20,000 nt of DNA from an uncultured virus (IMG/VR IMGVR_UViG_3300024283_000012) (Duplodnaviria > Heunggongvirae > Uroviricota > Caudoviricetes): IMG/VR virus record IMGVR_UViG_3300024283_000012. The stretch is one strand, 5' to 3'. The notes beneath the pieces were generated by a model. The model saw nothing but the letters and a program-made list of their open reading frames with translations, had not been told where the DNA came from and ran no database searches. The position numbers were made by a program, and so were the translations under genes. Positions 14,449-20,000 of the stretch are shown one piece after another (position 1 is the stretch's first letter; every line of letters begins with the position of its first letter).

Positions 14449-14909
14449 AAGGCGAGCCATTTACGCGGCTGGCCCGCGACCAAAGACGATTGGTTATTTT
14501 GGCGGGTGACGCGCTCGGCAACGTTCATTATTTCACTCAAGACTGGCTGGAAATGAGCGGCGTCAAAATGACTTTCCGCGACGCGACGCCCACAAGGGAA
14601 ATAGAGTTATCATTCAAAGAAAAACGATTTACGACTCATTCCGATTTGGTATGTAATGAAAATTCTCTACCGCCCAGCGCCTTACTGACCTGCTCGGAAG
14701 GGTCGCGGACCGTCGCCCTGATTCCGCTCCGATCTCACGATAAAAAAGAAGTGCTTTGTCTGGCTGGATTCGATAAGGCCACCGGGCAATGGTACGTAAA
14801 TAGAGAGTCGGAGGCCATCAAATACGTTCTCGATCAGCGCGCGTTCGCCACCGAGATATATACCGCAATGGACTGGCCCAGCGAATTACCATTAAATTTC
14901 AGGATGTGA
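14445..14909 (+). CDS. Hypothetical protein
   Basis: ATG 14445 in an ATGA overlap with GGAG upstream. Confidence 0.65.
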   Translation: MKGEPFTRLARDQRRLVILAGDALGNVHYFTQDWLEMSGVKMTFRDATPTREIELSFKEKRFTTHSDLVCNENSLPPSALLTCSEGSRTVALIPLRSHDKKEVLCLAGFDKATGQWYVNRESEAIKYVLDQRAFATEIYTAMDWPSELPLNFRM

Positions 14910-15021
14910 GCGCTTTTGCTTATGATTACCGTCCAGTACTTCGCTGACGCGATCGAACTCGCCCAAGTCCACAACGGCGATAACTGGACGCTGAATGTAG
15001 CGTGGGGCAGGCAGGTGTGCG

Positions 15022-15222
15022 ATGGCTGAACTATTCGAAGATCTTCAAATAACCACGAAAATTGAGGGCGACAAAACGACCTGTACGCTCAGCGCCCGAG
15101 TCAATCACCCCGGAATCAAAGCAGCGCTGGATTATTATATTCCCCGTGCCCGAGTGATTCACACAGACTACGGCGATATCTTCTACATCACTGACCCGCC
15201 TGTAAATTCTCCGCTTTCCTAA
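15022..15222 (+). CDS. Small hypothetical protein
   Basis: AGGTG RBS; same orientation as the operon. Confidence 0.55.
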   Translation: MAELFEDLQITTKIEGDKTTCTLSARVNHPGIKAALDYYIPRARVIHTDYGDIFYITDPPVNSPLS

Positions 15223-15277
15223 TCTGACACATTGGTATATTCTCGGCGTGTCATCCCGATACACTGAGGTAAGGCCA

Positions 15278-18046
15278 ATGTCCACATATGCCCCAAGTAA
15301 TCCGCAATCATTAATACCGCTGCCTGATAAGATCGTCGAAGAGTACGAGCGGGACCTAAAATCCGACGAGCAATACAACAAAGTTGACCTTGAAGACTGG
15401 TTTATGTCGGAGATTGACCGGGCTGAAGGCGCTGACAAGACCGCTGAGCTCGCCCTGCAATGGAAGCTGTTTCGCCTCGAATCGTTCTTTCATAACCGGC
15501 AGTTCTGGCAACGGAAGCTCAAAGCCGACGGGTCATACGACATTTTCTTCAACTCGTGGGATGTTCAGACCACTGATGAAGGCAGAATGCGATATCTGAC
15601 TAATAATCAGGTCCGCCGCGATGGCAATACCCTGATTGCACAGTGTGCATCGTCAAACCCGGCGTGGGTGTTTAGCGGTCGCTCTGAGGCTGACAGCGCG
15701 GAGTTGGCCGCGAGTTTTGCCAAAAAGATATGGGAATACCACCGCGATCGGTATCTGGGTATTAGTTTCCGCCTTGCCCGCGCAAAGATGGGCGTCCTGG
15801 ATGGCAATTACTTTGGTAAATGGTGCTTTGATCTGGATGCTGGCAGCAGGACACAGCCCGTAACGGAAGTTCAGGTGCAGGAGAAAGATTTAGGCTCGTC
15901 GATGCATCATTGCCCCGGCTGCGACGGAATGGTTAACATCCAAGACCCGCAGGAGCAGCCTGAGCAGCCACAGGAACAGCCGTTATTACCCCAACCTGAG
16001 AGTGAAGCAACAGGGCCAGCGCCCGACGATGAGGCCGCTGAGGGCGAGCAGCCAAACGCGCCCTGCCCTGCCTGTGGACAGACTGAGCAACCGCTGGAAT
16101 TTGTTAAACGCAACGTGGCGCCGATGCCCCAGCAGGTCGTAACCGGCGAAGAACCTTTAGGCGACTTTACGTTCCAGATCTTCCATCCGCGCAACGTCAA
16201 AATCGATTTAACCGCTCGCTATGATAAGGGCACGGTCAAAAAGACGCCGTGGGTTTTGCATCGGTACATCACCACGAAAGAGGAATTAGAGCGCCGTTAT
16301 CCCTATATGGTCGTCAAGGCCACCGGTGAACTGTCGCAGGCTGGTCTCTATCAGCGGCGACTGCAGACCGCAACCGGATTTCTTGGCACTGAAGGCGGAC
16401 AGGTGGGTGATCAGGCAAGCTATACCCATCAGGTCGAAGCCCGCGATCTGTATATGGATCCGGCGATGTACGAGCGCAAGACCGCAGAGAAAGATTGCCG
16501 CATCGGACAGATTGATTTTAAGGCAGGTGATAAGTTAATTGAAAAATACCCGAACGGCATTGTGATCTGCGCGACCAGGGGACAGTTACTCGCTATTGAC
16601 GACTGCGATAAAAACGCCACCTGGACCTGGGGCGTCGCTGATATTGGCGATGACCAGTGTTACGCGGACGGCGTGCTCGATGACGCGATTGACCATCAGA
16701 TTGCGATCAACTACGCCAGCCGATTCAACCTCGTCAATCTGGGCGTCAATGCTGACAGCCAGAAGGTCATTAACCCCGACTGGATTGCCGCTAGTGAGTT
16801 TGAACCCGGGCGCGGTCGCATCGCTCAAATGAAACCGTCGGTTGGGAGTGAGCTGATTCATCCGGCGCTCGCGGTCCATCAAACCCAAGGGACTGAGCTT
16901 GTCGGCGCAATGCAGACGATTGAGTACCACGAAGAAGCGATTCATCAAGGGACTGGCTCGTCAGATGAACTTGGCGGCGACACTGACCCGTCTAATCGAA
17001 CGATGGGCGGCCAGCAGATCGCAGCTGGTAATGCACGACGTCGGCTTGGCCCAATGCTGCAGATTGGAACTGAATGGGAGCTTGAGGTTATTTATCAGTG
17101 CCTCGAACTGGTAAAAGAACATTACGGTGACGGCGCGCGGTACAAAGGTCTAATAGGCAAATACGGCAGCAAAGAGGAAGAAGCATTTCTGAATTGCAAT
17201 ATCAGGGATGAGATTGACGTGCGGCATCAGGATGGCTCAGAGATGCCGCGCTCGGCCCAGGACGACCTGAATGCGTTTCAGGCAGCGACAACCGCTGGTG
17301 GACTGCCTGGCGGGATCTTTAATCCGATGGTGCCAAAGTCTGTGCTGAAACACGGTCTTAAGATTTACAATCAGCCGATTGATATTGACGACATCTGGCC
17401 CGCCGCGAGACTGGCGACAACGCGACTGGAAAAACTGAAGTCGATGTTTGCCAAGAATCCCGACTGGCACGGTATCCCCTATCCGCCAATAGACCCGATG
17501 ACGCAGCAGCCTATGCCAGCAATGGGACCGAATGGTCAACCGATTATCGGGCCGGACGGACAGCCGCAGCCATCGCAGCAGACGATAGAGTTTGCGACGC
17601 TTGCCGGGCAGATCGTGTCAGCAATTCCGATCAGGCCGAAGCTCGACCCGCACGAATTACTGGTCAAGGAATATCAGGACTGGTCGCTCACAGATGATGG
17701 AATCAACGCCTGCCCACTGGAGGAAACCGTCGTTTCGATGTGGTGCGCTCAGCACGAGCAGCAGATCCAGCAACCGCAACAAGAACAACAGCAGGCGATG
17801 ATTCACTCGCAGCAGGAAGCGCAGCAAAAAGATATGCAGGCTCAGGCCCAGGTGGAAGCGGCGAAGGCACAGCAGCAGGCTCAACTCGAAGGCGATCACG
17901 CGAACGCAGCAGCGCACACAGATGTGCTGACCCATTTGGCAAAAACGGCAATTGATGTCCATGCGGACGCGCAAAGGGCGAAAATTGAGATTGATAAAGC
18001 CAAGAAAATGCCAAAACCGCCGGTTAAGCCCGCGGCGAAGAAGTAG
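15278..18046 (+). CDS. Portal protein (large, P22/podovirus-like architecture with Q/A-rich C-terminal tail)
   Basis: Lies between terL and the scaffold gene. Shows portal-type segments N.VR.....LIAQ, G....K..FD, F.I.HP.NV.ID, TGSSDELGG.....RT.GG and a long Gln-rich tail. RBS GAGGT before ATG 15278. Confidence 0.85.
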   Translation: MSTYAPSNPQSLIPLPDKIVEEYERDLKSDEQYNKVDLEDWFMSEIDRAEGADKTAELALQWKLFRLESFFHNRQFWQRKLKADGSYDIFFNSWDVQTTDEGRMRYLTNNQVRRDGNTLIAQCASSNPAWVFSGRSEADSAELAASFAKKIWEYHRDRYLGISFRLARAKMGVLDGNYFGKWCFDLDAGSRTQPVTEVQVQEKDLGSSMHHCPGCDGMVNIQDPQEQPEQPQEQPLLPQPESEATGPAPDDEAAEGEQPNAPCPACGQTEQPLEFVKRNVAPMPQQVVTGEEPLGDFTFQIFHPRNVKIDLTARYDKGTVKKTPWVLHRYITTKEELERRYPYMVVKATGELSQAGLYQRRLQTATGFLGTEGGQVGDQASYTHQVEARDLYMDPAMYERKTAEKDCRIGQIDFKAGDKLIEKYPNGIVICATRGQLLAIDDCDKNATWTWGVADIGDDQCYADGVLDDAIDHQIAINYASRFNLVNLGVNADSQKVINPDWIAASEFEPGRGRIAQMKPSVGSELIHPALAVHQTQGTELVGAMQTIEYHEEAIHQGTGSSDELGGDTDPSNRTMGGQQIAAGNARRRLGPMLQIGTEWELEVIYQCLELVKEHYGDGARYKGLIGKYGSKEEEAFLNCNIRDEIDVRHQDGSEMPRSAQDDLNAFQAATTAGGLPGGIFNPMVPKSVLKHGLKIYNQPIDIDDIWPAARLATTRLEKLKSMFAKNPDWHGIPYPPIDPMTQQPMPAMGPNGQPIIGPDGQPQPSQQTIEFATLAGQIVSAIPIRPKLDPHELLVKEYQDWSLTDDGINACPLEETVVSMWCAQHEQQIQQPQQEQQQAMIHSQQEAQQKDMQAQAQVEAAKAQQQAQLEGDHANAAAHTDVLTHLAKTAIDVHADAQRAKIEIDKAKKMPKPPVKPAAKK

Positions 18047-18248
18047 CCCGGCATTCTGGTGTGCAAGTGTGCGGTGCGCGGATTATAGCCCCGCCGCACA
18101 TTCCACAGAATAAACTGTCGTGCAGGTTTGCGACCATGCAGCTATCGCAAATAACCCAGTGTCCGTTATTCGGCAGTCCGGCGCTCTTCAGGTTTTCCGC
18201 TGGGGTGATTTTTCGTGCTTGGTCGATCAGGTCTTGCCCTCTACCCAT
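18024..18248 (-). CDS. Small zinc-ribbon protein (RanBP/DZR-like W..C..C...N......C..CG)
   Basis: WVICDSCMVANLHDSLFCGMCG; GGAG RBS; overlaps the upstream minus-strand gene by 8 nt. Confidence 0.6.
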   Translation of the reverse strand: MGRGQDLIDQARKITPAENLKSAGLPNNGHWVICDSCMVANLHDSLFCGMCGGAIIRAPHTCTPECRATSSPRA

Positions 18249-18522
18249 TTGAATTACTCCTCGACTGTGCTCCGTACTCCATTTCGCTCGTCATCCGAAT
18301 CATCCGCTTTGTATCATACGCCATTATTTCCTGACCGCTCGGCTGAATTCCGGTCATCCACCGATCGTAGAGGTCGCTGTGACGCGCGGCAAGCTCGTCG
18401 TGCAGGCCCTTCCACCGATCAGACACATATCGAATCGTCGCCACGTACCGCTTGTACTGCCAGATGATGAAAATCAACGCTGGAACCCCGACGATTGTCA
18501 TTCCGATACAGATGTTTGCCAT
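18241..18522 (-). CDS. Small protein with N-terminal TM helix and coiled coil
   Basis: ICIGMTIVGVPALIFIIW; RBS AAAGGGG; TATAAT at 18559-18554 upstream on the minus strand. Confidence 0.65.
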   Translation of the reverse strand: MANICIGMTIVGVPALIFIIWQYKRYVATIRYVSDRWKGLHDELAARHSDLYDRWMTGIQPSGQEIMAYDTKRMIRMTSEMEYGAQSRSNSNG

Positions 18523-18609
18523 TTTGCCCCTTTGTGTGCCGAAAGTTGGGTCGATTATACCGCTAATAGTGCCTGGCGTGTCAGAAAATCCAATCTGTAG
18601 CGTTTTTCC

Positions 18610-18638
18610 TTGCCTTTTTTGATACAGACGTTTAACCT
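18610..18638 (+). promoter_or_regulatory. Putative sigma70-type promoter for the scaffold/capsid genes
   Basis: TTGCCT (18610-18615), 17 bp, TAACCT (18633-18638). Confidence 0.45.
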
Positions 18639-18790
18639 AATCTCGTTCAAGCCAATTGTGACCAGGAGAATCTCTATGCTTTTCTCACAATTGGCGTTTC
18701 TTTCTTCTAGTCACAATTCCGCACGGGGCTGCATAAGCCCCTCGAACAATCCCAAACAACTCGATTCGTCTGAGGCTAGAGGGATAATCC

Positions 18791-19948
18791 ATGCTCGAAG
18801 ATGAAGTAATTGCCGAAGTTGAGCCGACAGAGGACACCGATTCGTCTGGTGAGCCTGAAGTCGTCGAAACTCCCGCACCGGTAGAATCTGCACCCGCTTT
18901 GCCGGCTGATGTAGCCGCAAAATTAGCTCAATACGAACAATACGAAGCCAGCCACAAATTCGTCGATCAATTCGGCGGCATTGAAGCACTGCAAGCCAAA
19001 GTGGACCTTGACGCGGCGATCCGATCAGGTGACCCGGTTAAAATCCATCAGGCAATCGCAGAACGGAATGCCAGAGCCGTCACTGGGCTTGCAAACCATT
19101 ACGGTGCGCAAGGCCAGCAACCAGTTGACGAAACAGCGATACTCGAAAAGTATCTGGGCAAAGGCGTAAACCAGGAAACCCTTCGGGAGTTTGCTGCTTA
19201 TCGCGAGTCGCCCGACAGATTTTCGAATATTCCTGAAGAGTTTCGTTTCATCAAGGACGAATACGGTCAACTGACGCCACGCGCGCCGGATGATCCAGTT
19301 CTCCAGCAGGCTCAATTCTTCCAAAAGCTAATTCAGAACCAGGCTAATGAACTCGCCGCACTCAAATCTGAGGTGCGACAACCGAAAGAAGTTGAAGCAC
19401 AGCAGCGTTTTGAGCAGCAGTGGACAGCAAGCCAGGATCGGCTTGTCGGTCCCGTAAAAGACGAAGCCACGAAGCTTGGTCTTTACACAGCGCCCGCTGG
19501 CGAGACACCGGAAGCGAAGGCAGAACGCGAATATCAACTTAAATCATTTGTTTACGCAAGCACTGGCGAATTCCAGAACGACCCGCAGGTCAAGCGAGAC
19601 CTGGCCGAACTGGAAGGCCATTACCAGCGCGGTGAAACTGTTGCCGCAAGGGAAAAGGAAGCCAAGCTATCGCGTCGAATGCGAGAGATTGCGCAGGCAA
19701 ATATTCAAGTTGTAGGCAAAAACTGGACTGCCGCCCTCCAAAAGAAAACGACAGTCGTCAAGAAAGCAACGAGTGCGAAAACTGACCCGAAAACCGTCAA
19801 TAACTCGGCCAAGCTGCCCGACCTGCTGGAAAAAGCACAGCAAAAAACGGGCGGATTAGGCGGCCTCGCGGATTACATCAAAAAGCATCCGCAGTTTCAG
19901 GGCCGACCCGAAGTCGTTGACGAGATACTGGGCCAGCGTCATTCGTAA
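18791..19948 (+). CDS. Putative capsid scaffolding protein
   Basis: Acidic Pro-rich disordered N-terminus, helical Gln/Ala/Glu-rich body, Lys/Thr-rich C-terminal linker; located after the portal gene. RBS GAGGG. Confidence 0.65.
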   Translation: MLEDEVIAEVEPTEDTDSSGEPEVVETPAPVESAPALPADVAAKLAQYEQYEASHKFVDQFGGIEALQAKVDLDAAIRSGDPVKIHQAIAERNARAVTGLANHYGAQGQQPVDETAILEKYLGKGVNQETLREFAAYRESPDRFSNIPEEFRFIKDEYGQLTPRAPDDPVLQQAQFFQKLIQNQANELAALKSEVRQPKEVEAQQRFEQQWTASQDRLVGPVKDEATKLGLYTAPAGETPEAKAEREYQLKSFVYASTGEFQNDPQVKRDLAELEGHYQRGETVAAREKEAKLSRRMREIAQANIQVVGKNWTAALQKKTTVVKKATSAKTDPKTVNNSAKLPDLLEKAQQKTGGLGGLADYIKKHPQFQGRPEVVDEILGQRHS

Positions 19949-19962
19949 GGGAGCGAATCGCC

Positions 19963-20000
19963 ATGCCTCAACAGGAAGATTTAGCGGCTATTGCCGACAT
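19963..20000 (+). CDS. Start of next gene (probably major capsid protein, by synteny only)
   Basis: RBS AGGGAG, then ATG 19963 (MPQQEDLAAIAD...) open to the window end. Confidence 0.4.
   Translation, partial: MPQQEDLAAIAD

Noticed and set aside
15940..15985. Short CAGGAGCAGCC-type repeats in the portal gene, and CAG-rich runs at 17755-17890
   Set aside because: Explained by low-complexity Gln/Glu/Pro coding sequence.
1..20000. CRISPR array, integrase/att site, transposase, reverse transcriptase or DGR repeats
   Set aside because: No regularly spaced repeats, no recombinase, transposase or RT motifs, and no long near-duplicate segments were seen.

Overview
The window is a 20-kb segment of a tailed dsDNA phage or prophage; the host cannot be determined from sequence alone. 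Left to right: (1) the end of a replication/DNA-modification module with a DUF6475-like protein, a C5-cytosine methyltransferase that appears split over two overlapping reading frames, a phage Dam-type N6-adenine methyltransferase and an Ogr/NrdR-like zinc-ribbon protein; (2) a membrane/lysis-like cluster (2.5-6.2 kb) with a holin-like protein, a Tad1-family anti-defence sponge, a lipoprotein and a receiver(REC)-TM-coiled-coil fusion, with no recognisable endolysin; (3) a leftward four-gene cassette behind a near-consensus sigma70 promoter; (4) a packaging/head module (putative TerS, TerL, portal, scaffold, probable start of the major capsid gene) interspersed with many small ORFs. The most notable feature is a ~810-nt stretch (about 9005-9815) between terS and terL with no convincing protein gene. 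Its + strand contains many nested helices, long-range pairings, a duplicated hairpin module and complementary GUGCAG/CUGCAC loops, making it a candidate giant structured phage ncRNA (GOLLD/ROOL-like or a new class). All family assignments come from motif recognition by eye, not database searches.
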